Below are positions 1 through 9,960 of a DNA stretch of 64,000 nt, piece after piece. A model generated the notes under the pieces. It was not told the DNA's origin and searched no databases. It saw only the letters and a program-made list of their open reading frames with translations. The position numbers and the translations under genes were made by a program. Positions within the stretch are counted from its first letter, which is position 1. Each line of letters opens with the position of its first letter. Source of the DNA: an uncultured Syntrophobacteraceae bacterium (lineage in GTDB: Bacteria > Desulfobacterota > Syntrophobacteria > Syntrophobacterales > Syntrophobacteraceae); assembly GCA_964407285.1 (NCBI GenBank), contig CAYOVG010000003.1:40-64039 (forward strand). Reading direction: 5' to 3'.

Positions 1-50
1 AGGATGCTCGCTTCATCATCGACGAGAAGAATTTTCGCTTTCATGTTCAT
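1..50 (-). CDS. Response-regulator receiver domain, first ~16 codons only (gene runs off the left edge); likely NtrX-like partner of the adjacent kinase
   Basis: Reverse complement of 1-50 reads MNMKAKILLVDDEASI, a canonical receiver-domain start (LLVDDE). It is on the same strand as the kinase, 157 nt downstream of the kinase stop. Confidence 0.5.
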   Translation of the reverse strand, partial: MNMKAKILLVDDEASI

Positions 51-206
51 GGCGTATTCCGCATGTTTCGTTTTCCGGCGCCGTTCTTACACAGGCTGCG
101 GGCAAAAGACGCCTGTCCATGACAACCGGACCGATACAGCCCCGATCCGCCCGGTCTCCCGATCTTCCGGCCGCCAGTTACACCCGTATTTTATACCATA
201 GTATTG

Positions 207-2405
207 TTAAGCCGGTAACTCAATAACGATTACGGTCCCTTGCGGATTATTGTCGTGCACGCGGATGAACCCGTTGTGATCGGCGATGATGCCGGCGACG
301 ATGGCGAGTCCCAGTCCCATTCCCTTTTCCTTCGTCGAATAGTAGGGTTCGAATATCCGGAGCTTGTCTTCCGCCGGGAGTCCATGGCCCGTGTCCGCAC
401 ACTCCATCTTTGCGATCCTCAGCACGGGATCGTATCCGAGCGAGACCCGGATATCCTTCTCCTCCCCGTTCAGGGCCTGCACGGCGTTCTCCAACAGGTT
501 CGTCAGCACCTGCTTGAACTGGACCTGGTCCAGCTTCAAGATGGGAAAAGACGGGTCCTTCTCGGTCTTGAACGACACATCGGGGTAGGTATGCCGGAAA
601 AGAGCGATACACTCCTCGACGATGGCCCCCAGGTCCGAGGGAACGGGATTGGCGCGGGGAAGCCTCGCGAAATTGGAAAATTCGTTGACGAGGTGCTTCA
701 TTATATCGACCTGCTGGGTGATTGTGCGCGTACACTCCTCGAGGAGCGCCCCGTCGGGCGTGTCCAGCAGGTCCGCGTACTTTCTCCGAAGTCTCTGCGC
801 CGACAACTGTATGGGGGTGAGCGGGTTCTTGATCTCGTGCGCAATGCGGCGAGCCACGTCACGCCATGCGGCCATCCGCTGGATCTTCACCAGGTCCGTC
901 AGGTCGTCGAAAACGACGACGGTCCCGAGGCATTTGTCCTGCTCATCCCGAAAAACGGTGACTTTGATGAGAAGCACGACGGGCCGGTCGTTGAAGATCA
1001 CGTGCACCTGCTGTTCCAGGTAGGAGTTGCCGCTCGCGTGGTACATGTCCAGAAACGACTGGACGATATCCATGTGAGCGGGGGTCAGGCCCCGGGCGTA
1101 ATGCCGGCCGATGACGTCCTCGGCCTTGAACCCGAGCATGGTTTCCGCGGACTTGTTCATTGTCGTGATGTTGCCCTCCGCGTCGGCGCTTACAACGCCT
1201 GCGGCGATGTTTCTGAGAACGATCTCCATGTACCGCCGCCGGGCTTCCAGTTCCAGGTGGCTGTTCTGAAGGGCGGTATAGGCCCCCGCCAGTTGTTCGC
1301 GGCTCTCCGAAAGGTCCCGCACCATCTTGTTGAAGGAGGACACCAGCATCCCGATTTCGTCCTTGTGTTCCCAAACCAACTGAACGTCGAGGTTCCCCTC
1401 GGCGATGGTCTGCGTGGCCTCCACCAGGTGCTGAATGGGGATGGTGATGTTCTTGGCCAGCGAGAAACCGAACCAGATGGCGGCAAAAATGACCAGGAGC
1501 GTCACTATGGAAAAGGTGATGACGTGGCTCGTCCTGACGGGCTTGTGGAGAAGCTTGATCTGGAGGAAATCCTCGTAACCGTTGGTAAAAGAGGCGATCT
1601 TTTCGGTCAGGCGCTGCGGCAGAAGGCGAAGCGCCACAAGGGTCCCTGTTTCCGCCCCGGAGGGGGAGTTCGATTCGGTGATGGGACAGGAGGTGATCAG
1701 GGCGTCCTGGGGATCGAGGGAGAGCACGTGGACCTCCGCTGCGCTTTCCAGTTCATTTCGGAGCAGATCCTGCATCTCGCCTGCCTGGAGCGCCTGAAGG
1801 TGGGGAGGATGAGCGCAACTCCACACCAGTTTTCCGGAAGGGTCCAGGAAATACAGCGCATTGAGGTGATATCTGCGCATCAGCGTCGCGGTGACCTGTT
1901 CCGACCGGATGTTGGGCAACCCGTCGGCTCCGAACATGTCGATGAGATCGGACTTGATCATGTCGCAGTCGATGGTGAGGTCGTCCCGGACTTCCTTCAT
2001 ATAATCCCGCCCGAAGTCCACGGCCTGAAACAGGGACTGCTCCATCTTCCGGCTGAACCAGTAGTCGATGCTGTGGGAAATGAACTTCGTGGCCATGCCG
2101 AACAGGGGCAGCGTCGGGATGACGGTAAGGCCGACGAAAGCGATCACGAGCCGCGTGCGGAGGTGATGTCCGAGGATATTGCGCTTGCGCTCGAACACCA
2201 GTTTGACGATTCTTCGAAGGACGAGGTAGACGAGGACCAGGAGCAGGACGACGTTGAGATTTATCAGCGCGATGAGCAAAATATTGCTGAGCGCCGGCAG
2301 TGGGAACTGGAAACGGAAAAACCAGCCTTCCATCAGACCGAAAGCGGCGACGAAAATGGCGATTACGATAAACCACAACGTTTCTCGATACGTGTATCGG
2401 CTCAT
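207..2405 (-). CDS. ntrY: NtrY-type sensor histidine kinase (N-terminal TM segments, HAMP, PAS, HisKA, HATPase_c)
   Basis: 732-aa ORF. It has hydrophobic N-terminal helices, a HAMP-like segment (IPIQHLVEATQTIAEGNLDV), a PAS (NIAAGVVSADAEGNITTMNKSAETMLGF), the H-box RIAHEIKNPLTPI, the N-box LLENAVQA and the G-boxes DTGHGLP / GMGLGLAIV. Confidence 0.85.
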   Translation of the reverse strand: MSRYTYRETLWFIVIAIFVAAFGLMEGWFFRFQFPLPALSNILLIALINLNVVLLLVLVYLVLRRIVKLVFERKRNILGHHLRTRLVIAFVGLTVIPTLPLFGMATKFISHSIDYWFSRKMEQSLFQAVDFGRDYMKEVRDDLTIDCDMIKSDLIDMFGADGLPNIRSEQVTATLMRRYHLNALYFLDPSGKLVWSCAHPPHLQALQAGEMQDLLRNELESAAEVHVLSLDPQDALITSCPITESNSPSGAETGTLVALRLLPQRLTEKIASFTNGYEDFLQIKLLHKPVRTSHVITFSIVTLLVIFAAIWFGFSLAKNITIPIQHLVEATQTIAEGNLDVQLVWEHKDEIGMLVSSFNKMVRDLSESREQLAGAYTALQNSHLELEARRRYMEIVLRNIAAGVVSADAEGNITTMNKSAETMLGFKAEDVIGRHYARGLTPAHMDIVQSFLDMYHASGNSYLEQQVHVIFNDRPVVLLIKVTVFRDEQDKCLGTVVVFDDLTDLVKIQRMAAWRDVARRIAHEIKNPLTPIQLSAQRLRRKYADLLDTPDGALLEECTRTITQQVDIMKHLVNEFSNFARLPRANPVPSDLGAIVEECIALFRHTYPDVSFKTEKDPSFPILKLDQVQFKQVLTNLLENAVQALNGEEKDIRVSLGYDPVLRIAKMECADTGHGLPAEDKLRIFEPYYSTKEKGMGLGLAIVAGIIADHNGFIRVHDNNPQGTVIVIELPA

Positions 2406-2501
2406 GGGCTCAACTCGCTGTGCCGGGATTGCGAAGAGGTTCTATGAAAGTGGCTTCTTTTCGATGCGCTGTTCACAATATACTGCTCACTTCCATACAA
2501 C

Positions 2502-3101
2502 TTACTTGACTTCTATCGATGAACCCAGGCTGGTGAAATGGATCGCATGCCAGTCGGTTTCAAAGTCCCACAGGGATACGAAAAAGAGGATGTAACGGAA
2601 GAACATCGGCAGGTTCTTCTTGGAAAGTTCGGCCTTGACCCGCAGCTTGTAGGTCTTTCCCCGTTCGAGTTCCGGCAGTGGAATGAGATGGATATCGCCC
2701 ACTTCGCTCATCCACGTCTTGGCCTCTCCGAAGTCCCGCGTGCTGAGGATGTTCTCGGGAGATTCGGATCGCTGCACTATGAAAATGTTCTTCAGGAGAT
2801 CGTACCTGATGGTGTGTTCGGCGACGTTTTCAAAAATCTTCTTCCGGAGCATAACCCGCTCCGGCGCATCGATCGCCGCCCGAATCCAGAAGGTGGTGGG
2901 CACGCCGCTCCATATCGCCTCCTCCATATCGGGTGTGAAGCAGTTGACGAGGCGAAACCTCGTCTGCACCCGGCCGTTCGCCTCGAAAACGCAAAGGTCC
3001 GCCACTTCGGCCTTATTGACGCCGAAGGCCGTGCCGGGTGACAGACCGACGGCGGCCGTCGCCAGGGCGATACAAAACGTGAAAAAGAAACCCCTCGCCA
3101 T
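2502..3101 (-). CDS. Secreted DUF4390-like protein, found immediately upstream of ntrY as in many proteobacteria
   Basis: 199-aa ORF with an N-terminal signal-like segment (FFFTFCIALATAAVGLSPGTAFG). Its position directly upstream of an NtrY-type kinase matches the usual DUF4390-ntrY pairing. The family call is from memory of that synteny, not from a search. Confidence 0.55.
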   Translation of the reverse strand: MARGFFFTFCIALATAAVGLSPGTAFGVNKAEVADLCVFEANGRVQTRFRLVNCFTPDMEEAIWSGVPTTFWIRAAIDAPERVMLRKKIFENVAEHTIRYDLLKNIFIVQRSESPENILSTRDFGEAKTWMSEVGDIHLIPLPELERGKTYKLRVKAELSKKNLPMFFRYILFFVSLWDFETDWHAIHFTSLGSSIEVK

Positions 3102-3199
3102 AGACCTGCGCTTCTTCCGCTAGAGAACCCCGAGTTGTCGGGATTCTAGCGAAGCGCAAGCTCCATGACAAGCGGTTTCTCTTTATCGGCGGACCGTCG

Positions 3200-4153
3200 T
3201 CAAACGGCTTTCGGACTGAGGGCGAAATTGCCCACAAAGGACGGAAGGGGATTGTGGTGCTGGAACACGGGTGGAATGTACGGCATCGGGACGACGAGGC
3301 TGCAGAAGTCCTTCCGGTTCATGAGGGTCTCGAGGAACTGATTGTGCAGCTTGTGTCCGGCCTTGTGGACCTCGAAACGGCCCAGCAACGGCTTGCCCGC
3401 CAAGGCTACATCGCCCATGAAATCAAGAACTTTGTGTCGCACGCATTCGTCGGGGTAGCGGAATCCTTCATCATTGAGCAGCCCCCTGTCATCGAATACG
3501 ATGGCATTTTCGAGGGAGCCGCCACGGGCAAGCCCCATGCGCTGGAGTTGCTGCACGTCCTTGAGAAAGCCGAAAGTCCTCGCCTTGGCGATATCGCGCG
3601 CAAAGGCGGACTTCTCGAAGCACCACGAGAACTCCTGCCTGCCTATCAGCGGATGGGGAAATTCGATGGTGTAGCAGACTTCGAACTGGTCGGAAGGGAT
3701 CGCCTTGATGAAAGCGTCGCCTTCGCGTACGGTAAAGGGCCTTTCCACCTTGAAATAGTGGCGGTACGCCCCCTGCTTTTTCAGCCCCGACTTCTGGATG
3801 AGCTTGAAATACCCGGCGGCGCTCCCGTCGAGAATAGGGACTTCGGGACCCGTAAGCTCCACCAGCACATTATCGACCCCCATTCCAACGAATGCCGCCA
3901 TCAGGTGTTCGATGGTGGAAACGGTCGCCCCGTTCGAACCGATAGTGGTCGCCAGGGATGTGTCGGTTACTTCATCGTAGCGGGCGACAACGGTGGGACG
4001 CTCCGGCAGATCCAGCCTCCGGAACCTTACACCGAAGTTCTCGGGTGCGGGCTTCAACCTCAAGGCTATGTCCAGCCCCGAATGAAGCCCGGTCCCCTCA
4101 CACCGCACCTCTTTCTTCAGCGTATGCTGCTTATGAAAAAATATATGCCCCAA
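3200..4153 (-). CDS. lpxC: UDP-3-O-acyl-N-acetylglucosamine deacetylase
   Basis: 317-aa ORF with LpxC hallmarks: TGLHSG, VSTIEHLMAA, VPILDGSA, HKxLDxxGD (VRHKVLDFMGDVAL) and HKAGHKLHNQF. Confidence 0.9.
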   Translation of the reverse strand: MGHIFFHKQHTLKKEVRCEGTGLHSGLDIALRLKPAPENFGVRFRRLDLPERPTVVARYDEVTDTSLATTIGSNGATVSTIEHLMAAFVGMGVDNVLVELTGPEVPILDGSAAGYFKLIQKSGLKKQGAYRHYFKVERPFTVREGDAFIKAIPSDQFEVCYTIEFPHPLIGRQEFSWCFEKSAFARDIAKARTFGFLKDVQQLQRMGLARGGSLENAIVFDDRGLLNDEGFRYPDECVRHKVLDFMGDVALAGKPLLGRFEVHKAGHKLHNQFLETLMNRKDFCSLVVPMPYIPPVFQHHNPLPSFVGNFALSPKAV

Positions 4154-4482
4154 GCTCTTTTCTCCTCCGCCGCATTACCAAAGCACTAAGCGTGCCACAC
4201 GAGCCCTTCCCCCGTTTCCGGAACTCCGCCCGCATGGGAAGTATTTATTCCGACTCCCTTTTATGGACCATGCTCCCGGGAGTGAAGCCGCGAAAGCGGG
4301 AGAGCGCCGGGACTTCGTTGTGTTGTAAAGAACACAGAAAATGCTGTCGGTTGTGCTTTTTTTGCAACACATCCCGTTCTCCTTGCTTTATAGATTCGTT
4401 CAGCTTAAGATGGAGGACGCATTTTCGATGTACTTCGATGTACGTTGGAGACGCTGTTTCGCGTCTCCCGTATTCTTTTCCG

Positions 4483-6000
4483 ATGGAGCCACAGGTTATG
4501 AAACTCGAACAATTTCCATCCGATATACAGCCCTATCTCATTCCCCGCCCCGGCGGCGAGTACGTCTACCACTGCATCGGCTGCGGGAGGGAATACGGGG
4601 TGGACGAGCTTCTCTATACGTGTCCGGACTGCACGAGCGTCATGGTGATAAGGGACGGGCAATGGGAGCGTCTGAAGGCGATTCCCGGCCCGTTGTGGAG
4701 AAAGATATTCGACTACCGGAGCATGCTGACCGTTCCGGCCCTTCGAGGCATCTTTCGATACCACGAGTTGCTCGGGTCGATCATCCCGCTCGATGCCGTC
4801 ATTTACCTGGGCGAGGGCCATACCCCGGCCATCGCCGCCAACGAACGGTTGAGCGGGTGGGCGGGAATCGAATTCCTCTTCAAAAACGACGGCCAGAACC
4901 CCAGCGCCTCCTTCAAGGATCGCGGAATGGCCGTTGCGTTCAGCTACCTTAATTACCTCATAAAGACCGGGCGGGTCGGCGAAGTGCTGGCCATATGCGC
5001 CTCGACCGGCGATACTTCGGCTGCCGCGGCCCTGTTTGCGTCCTACATGGTCGATGGAGTGAAGTCCTCGGTACTGCTGCCCAAGGGGAAAGTCACCCCC
5101 CAGCAGTTGGGGCAGCCGCTGGGCAGCGGGGCGAGGGTCATAGAGATTCCTGGTGTGTTCGACGATTGCATGAAGGTCGTGGAATACCTGGCGGACCATT
5201 TTGCGGTGGCCCTCATGAATTCCAAGAACTCCTGGCGCATCCTCGGCCAGGAATCCTACAGTTTCGAGATCGCCCAGGCATTCGACTACGATGTGGGGGA
5301 CCTCGTGGTAGTGGTCCCGATCGGCAACGCGGGCAACATCACCGCCGTAATGGAGGGGTTCCTCAAGCTGCACGATCTCGGGATCATCGAGACCCCGCCG
5401 GCCGTTCTGGGGGTGCAGTCGGAACACGCAAACCCCGTGTTTCTCTACTATTTCGAACCCGATCCGCGGAAGCGGACTTTTCGGCCCGTCACCGTGCGGC
5501 CCAGCGTGGCGCAGGCCGCCATGATCGGGAACCCGGTTTCCATGCCGCGCGTCGTGCGGCTCGTGGAGCGCTACAGGGCGGTCGCGGGGGACGATGCGGT
5601 GCGGATGGTCGAGGTGAGCGAGCAGGAAATCATGGACGCGATGCTGACGGCCAACCGCAACGGGCACATCGCCTGCACGCAGGGCGGGGAGTGCCTGGCG
5701 GGAATCCGGAAGGCGGTCGGGAACGGGTATGTCGCCGCGGGGCGCCGGGCGGTGCTGGATTCGACGGCGCATGCTCTCAAGTTCGCGGGGTTCCAGGAGA
5801 AGTATTTTATGGACGAATTTGAACCGGAGTACGAGATTGTTCCCAGGGCGGAGTTGCGTAATGCGCCGGAGCCGGTCGATATCCCGGTCGGTACGGCCGT
5901 GCCCGAACCGGGCAAAACTCTTGCTCCGGCGGAGTTCCAGGCTTTTGTCGAATGCGCCGCCCGCGACGTGGCGCGCAAGCTGGGGCTGAAGCAGCGCTGA
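4483..6000 (+). CDS. thrC: Threonine synthase, long form with an N-terminal zinc ribbon
   Basis: The track ORF 3958-6000 is over-extended. Plausible starts are ATG 4483 (MEPQV) or ATG 4498 (MKLEQ). Motifs seen: CIGCG...CPDC zinc ribbon, the PLP lysine motif PSASFKDRG, and GNAGN. Confidence 0.85.
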   Translation: MEPQVMKLEQFPSDIQPYLIPRPGGEYVYHCIGCGREYGVDELLYTCPDCTSVMVIRDGQWERLKAIPGPLWRKIFDYRSMLTVPALRGIFRYHELLGSIIPLDAVIYLGEGHTPAIAANERLSGWAGIEFLFKNDGQNPSASFKDRGMAVAFSYLNYLIKTGRVGEVLAICASTGDTSAAAALFASYMVDGVKSSVLLPKGKVTPQQLGQPLGSGARVIEIPGVFDDCMKVVEYLADHFAVALMNSKNSWRILGQESYSFEIAQAFDYDVGDLVVVVPIGNAGNITAVMEGFLKLHDLGIIETPPAVLGVQSEHANPVFLYYFEPDPRKRTFRPVTVRPSVAQAAMIGNPVSMPRVVRLVERYRAVAGDDAVRMVEVSEQEIMDAMLTANRNGHIACTQGGECLAGIRKAVGNGYVAAGRRAVLDSTAHALKFAGFQEKYFMDEFEPEYEIVPRAELRNAPEPVDIPVGTAVPEPGKTLAPAEFQAFVECAARDVARKLGLKQR

Positions 6001-6133
6001 GCGGTGAGTGGAGACGATCTTTCGGTTGGTGGGTCCGAGGGTTGGGGCGCGCGGTTCTCCCGTAGAGGTGTCGATGCATGGACGGGGAAATGCGGGGAGA
6101 AGTAGTCCGAGGCCCGTATGTTGACGTATTTGC

Positions 6134-6733
6134 ATGGAATTGATCCGTCAGAGCACGGAAGATGAGGATTTGGAAGAGATGAGCTTGCTGGCGTACAGGG
6201 AATCATATCCCCGGTTGGGCGAGGATGTTTTCATCGCTCCGGGGGCATGGCTGATCGGCGACGTAATGATCGGAGACCGGAGCAGCGTCTGGTTCAACAC
6301 TGTTGTTCGCGGAGACGTTCACTACGTGAGGATCGGGTCGGAGACCAACATCCAGGACAATTGCACGCTCCACGTGACCGGCGGAAAGTTTGCGCTCGAA
6401 CTGGGGAGCCGCATCACGGTGGGGCACCGCGCGGTGGTGCACGGTTGTGTGGTGGAGGATGAGTGCCTCATAGGGATCGGGGCCGTGGTGCTCGACGGCG
6501 CCAGGATAGGGAAGGGCTCCATGGTGGCGGCGGGAGCGGTTGTGACTCCGGGCTTCGTGGCGCCGCCCGATTCCCTCGTGATGGGGGCGCCGGGCAAGGT
6601 GGTGAGGGAGATCAGCGAGGAGGAGCGGCGGCTCATGGTGGAAAGCGCGGCGCACTACGTGGAACTATCCGCGGAGTATCTGAATGCCGGGAGGATAGAT
6701 GTGTCCAGGCGCGTGCGCGGCTTTCTGGGGTGA
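6134..6733 (+). CDS. Gamma-carbonic-anhydrase-family / left-handed beta-helix (hexapeptide repeat) protein
   Basis: Motifs: PRLGEDVFIAPGAWLIGDVMIGDRSSVWFNTVVRGDV, NIQDNCTLH and repeated hexapeptide units. The true start may be ATG 6179 (MSLLAYRE). Confidence 0.8.
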   Translation: MELIRQSTEDEDLEEMSLLAYRESYPRLGEDVFIAPGAWLIGDVMIGDRSSVWFNTVVRGDVHYVRIGSETNIQDNCTLHVTGGKFALELGSRITVGHRAVVHGCVVEDECLIGIGAVVLDGARIGKGSMVAAGAVVTPGFVAPPDSLVMGAPGKVVREISEEERRLMVESAAHYVELSAEYLNAGRIDVSRRVRGFLG

Positions 6734-6818
6734 GAGGAGCCTACGGAAACCTACGGAAAGGGGCCATGGAAGCCCCCGGAAGCGGTTATGGTCCGCCGGC
6801 CCCCGCCGGCAGGCCGTT

Positions 6819-7079
6819 TCAGCCGTTGCAGGTCCATTTGTCGCTGGCGTTGACCCGCAAGGTATCTTCTTCCCTGACGGGCGTGCCGGACTGCAGGATT
6901 CCGCAGCCGGCCAGTTCGTCGATGGCCTTGTGGAGGGCTTCCTCGTCGCCGCTCCAGCGCGAACGGATATAGTCCAGGTTGGGGGACAGTCCCTCGTCGA
7001 GGAGGGAGCAGACGATGATGTAGAGGGATACTGCTTCTACGCTGGCCTTTTGGTTGAAGATCGCACGGTCCATATGCAT
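6819..7079 (-). CDS. Small hypothetical protein (86 aa)
   Basis: This is the only ORF in this gap whose composition looks protein-like rather than Arg/Pro/Gly-biased. No motif recognised. Confidence 0.35.
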   Translation of the reverse strand: MHMDRAIFNQKASVEAVSLYIIVCSLLDEGLSPNLDYIRSRWSGDEEALHKAIDELAGCGILQSGTPVREEDTLRVNASDKWTCNG

Positions 7080-7386
7080 GAGATTGACTCCGGTCGCAAA
7101 ACGGGTAACGGGTTATAAGTTCTTTGGTTGATTTCATCCTTTCCGTGTAACCTAACAGAGACTTTTCCCGGAGTCAATTCGGCCGGCGCTCGAGAGCGGG
7201 TTGTGGCGGCGATGATGCCGCCGGTCCCGGCAGGGCCGGTCCGGCGGGAAATGCGGGCCGGTTGCTCGAACGAGGCCGGGGGCTGCGGAGACGTCGGGCG
7301 CCCATGCGGCCGGCGAGTTCCGTCGGATTGTTTGTTTTTCCTTGTAAACAAGCGTATGTTTTGGTAGTAGATAGTGTTGCCCGTTA

Positions 7387-7473
7387 GCCTGGGTGGCGGA
7401 ACAGGTAGACGCAAGGGACTTAAAATCCCTCGCTCCTCGGAGCGTACGAGTTCGACTCTCGTCCCAGGCACCA
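7387..7473 (+). tRNA. tRNA-Leu, anticodon UAA, with encoded CCA
   Basis: Cloverleaf folded by hand. Acceptor GCCTGGG/CCCAGGC; anticodon stem AGGGA/TCCCT with loop CTTAAAA (anticodon TAA); long variable arm CGCTCCTCGGAGCG; T arm ACGAG-TTCGACT-CTCGT; discriminator A followed by CCA. Confidence 0.9.
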
Positions 7474-7990
7474 AGGAAAATCAACGGGTTGTGAGAATGC
7501 TTCAAAATACGCTTTGCCCTGATTTTCGGTGATAGGTCTATTTGCCCCGCGTTTGCCCCATGGAAGCCGTCTGTACCACACGCGGAAATCTCATGACGGT
7601 GAACGGAATGCGAGCAAGGGGAGGCTTCCCCGGACCCCGCCGCCATCGGCGGGCAGGCTCAAGATAGGTTGTACCATCATCAGGTCCGCTCGAACGTAAT
7701 ACTGCGGTTCGTCATATTCGCGCATCCTCGGGAAGCGCTTCCTGGTGAGGGACTCCAGGGGAAACCGGCCTTGTCGGGCAGGCTCGCGACTTCCCGCTCT
7801 ATCCCCTGGAAAAATCGAAATTACCGGATGGTGTCATTTCTTCATGCGCTCAACCAGTCATCCCGGCTGATTTCCGTTTGCTTTAGAATCCCTTTTAAGC
7901 ACCCGGGCGGAAGTTTTTTGGCCATTTTGGATTGCGGAATCCCAAGTCTTCATCAGGAAGAGCCTCCAAGTTTCGTTAAGAAACTTTTAC

Positions 7991-8164
7991 TCACCTGCTT
8001 ATCAGCGCTGAATCTATCTGCCCGGCATGAGGATTTGGTATAGTCAGTCTGAACTTGCCTTTTTTCACATATAAATGCCGACCACCTGGATAAGGACCAT
8101 CAAAACCGAGCCGGTCTAGTTTTCGGATCAGTTCAGCCCTGCTACATGGCGGGATTTCAGGCAT
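7991..8164 (-). pseudogene. HicA-like toxin remnant (57 codons), followed by a second detached HicA C-terminal fragment at about 7850-7935
   Basis: Reverse strand reads MPEIPPCSRAELIRKLDRLGFDGPYPGGRHLYVKKGKFRLTIPNPHAGQIDSALISR*. The HicA-type tail then continues through two in-frame stops (VKVS*RNLEAL). A separate frame further on encodes MAKKLPPGCLKGILKQTEISRDDWLSA*, a typical HicA C-terminus. Confidence 0.4.
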
Positions 8165-8384
8165 TCATCGCCCCCGCTTCGGGAGGGTCGGCAACGGCAA
8201 GCTTGCTCACGTTAACCACGGGTAAGGCTTGTGATGGTGATGGTGAATGAAGCTTGCATCGTCCGGGTGTGCCGGGAGGGGTTCTCCGTCCCCCCATTGC
8301 ACGGAGGGGTTGGACGGCGGGGAAAACGGGATGGAAACGGAGGGTCTCCCGGTCCCGCGCCGCCGGCGGGCGGCAAGGCCCGGG

Positions 8385-8945
8385 TCAGCGCCTGTTTTCC
8401 TCTTTCAACAAGCCGTAGACGACGTGGTCCAGATGTTTGCCATTCACTTTCTCAGCCCGGCGAATAATGCCCTCTTGCTGAAAGCCCAAGCGTTCTGGAA
8501 TAGCCCGACTTCTGCGGTTTTCCACCGCACAGCGGATCTCGATGCGATTGAGCGAATAGTATTGAAAGCCCAGCCTCATTAAATCCTGGACGCTTTCGCT
8601 CATAATTCCTCTGCCGTTGTATTCCTGCGCCAGCCAGTAGCCGACGTAGCCAATGCCGTTAACCTGATCGATCCGGTTATAGCCCAACACGCCGGCGGGC
8701 TTATCTCGATAGAAAACTGTGACGTGTAACGCCTCGCCCTGTTGAAACCGAAGTAATTGCTTTTCGATGAATCTTCCAGTGTCGGAGGGCTGAGTGACGG
8801 TATCGAGCCAGGGCAGCCATTGTTTAAGGAATTCTCTGTTCTTGTTCGTCAGCTTGAACAATTCTTCGGCATACTGCGGTACAGTCAAGCTGAGTTTGAC
8901 TTCATCATTGATATGTCGGAAGAACATTCCTCTGGATACCTCCAT
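8385..8945 (-). CDS. GNAT N-acetyltransferase, RimJ/RimL-like
   Basis: The track ORF extends to 9194. The likely start is ATG 8945 or ATG 8927 (MFFRHINDEVKLSL). The GNAT core is seen in IGYVGYWLAQEYNGRGIMSESV, IEIRCAVENRRSRAIPERLGFQQEG and DHVVYGLL. Confidence 0.8.
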   Translation of the reverse strand: MEVSRGMFFRHINDEVKLSLTVPQYAEELFKLTNKNREFLKQWLPWLDTVTQPSDTGRFIEKQLLRFQQGEALHVTVFYRDKPAGVLGYNRIDQVNGIGYVGYWLAQEYNGRGIMSESVQDLMRLGFQYYSLNRIEIRCAVENRRSRAIPERLGFQQEGIIRRAEKVNGKHLDHVVYGLLKEENRR

Positions 8946-9118
8946 GAGTGCTGATACTGTCGTTGAACGCCATTGAACGGCTTCTACGACATGCTGATTG
9001 TCCGATACTCCTATCGGCTCCAGGTGAGGCTTCGTCCAATGCGGCGCACGGCCGCGCGGCCATGGGCTTCCAGAGAGTAAGATCGTCGCCTTCTCCGCGC
9101 GTCGCCCGGATGTTTTCG

Positions 9119-9640
9119 TTATGCTTTGGCTGTTTGCACCTCGGATACCGCCACCACATAGTTCTTGCCGTAAACTTTCGCGCACTTTGGGCACGTGGTG
9201 TAGAAGAAATAGGTCTTCTCGACATGCATTCCCTTTTCATTGGCGTAGGCCGCCATTTCCTTTGCCCATTTCGGTGCGTTCCCGTAGGGTCCCTCGAATA
9301 CCCTGGTGAGGAAGTCCCCGCTCAACTCCACCATCTCGTGACCCGGAACCGCATGGGTGACCGCGAAGTAATGCTCCGCCCTCCAGGCGGAAGGGTCGTG
9401 GGACAGGACCACAAAATTATCGTCGTTGTGGGCATTAGCATTCTGGATGGCGGTGAAGGTTCTGGGAAAAACTGAACCCATATTCAACGGGATGTGGAAC
9501 AGGCTTCTCGTGGTGGCTTTCAGAAACAGCTTATTTCTGAAATGAAGCTCCTGAGCGTCCCAGCCCGCGGGCTTGAACCGGGGGCAGCAATGGGTCGGAT
9601 TGTCGCTCATATCGTATCGTGGCAATGCGTTTATTTCCAT
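9119..9640 (-). CDS. Conserved hypothetical protein with a C-terminal CPKC motif
   Basis: Likely start is ATG 9640 (MEINALPRYDMSDNPTHCCPRF); the upstream part of the track ORF overlaps a repeat element. The composition is protein-like and ends ...FFYTTCPKCAKVYGKNYVV. Family not identified. Confidence 0.6.
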   Translation of the reverse strand: MEINALPRYDMSDNPTHCCPRFKPAGWDAQELHFRNKLFLKATTRSLFHIPLNMGSVFPRTFTAIQNANAHNDDNFVVLSHDPSAWRAEHYFAVTHAVPGHEMVELSGDFLTRVFEGPYGNAPKWAKEMAAYANEKGMHVEKTYFFYTTCPKCAKVYGKNYVVAVSEVQTAKA

Positions 9641-9752
9641 CGGGACACCTCCTGCATGTTCAAAACGCCAAAATCCAGTACTTCTCAAGGATAACAAAGA
9701 GCGGCATGGTTCATAGGCCATGACTCCGAGGTAACGCCCGAGAGGACTCATC

Positions 9753-9828
9753 GTCATTCCAGCGCATGTCGGAATCCAGTCCTTTCAAGGTTTCACGGCC
9801 CCCGTTCGCCGCCTACGCGGGGACGACC
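9753..9828. repeat. Copy A of a structured intergenic repeat family (shared pattern cgtcattcc...ggaatcc...tttcaagg...cccccg...gcgggg.gacg)
   Basis: cgtcattccagcgcatgtcggaatccagtcctttcaaggtttcacggcccccgttcgccgcctacgcggggacgacc aligns by eye with the copies at 28345-28440, 54181-54273 and 59150-59258. Confidence 0.6.
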
Positions 9829-9960
9829 CTGGAGTGTTACCCTGTTTCGAACCATGCCCAAAAAGCCGGCCGGACGCGCCGAAGCAGCATTGGCCCTCCT
9901 GTTTACAGCGACTGCTGTGCGGTCCGGTCGAACGGTTCTCTGTGCGGCTTCTCGCATCAA

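Noticed and set aside
240-2447. 735-aa plus-strand ORF covering the whole ntrY region
   Set aside because: It is an antisense shadow ORF of a high-GC gene. It is Arg/Gly/Pro/Val-rich with no motifs, whereas the minus-strand frame carries a complete HAMP-PAS-HisKA-HATPase motif set.
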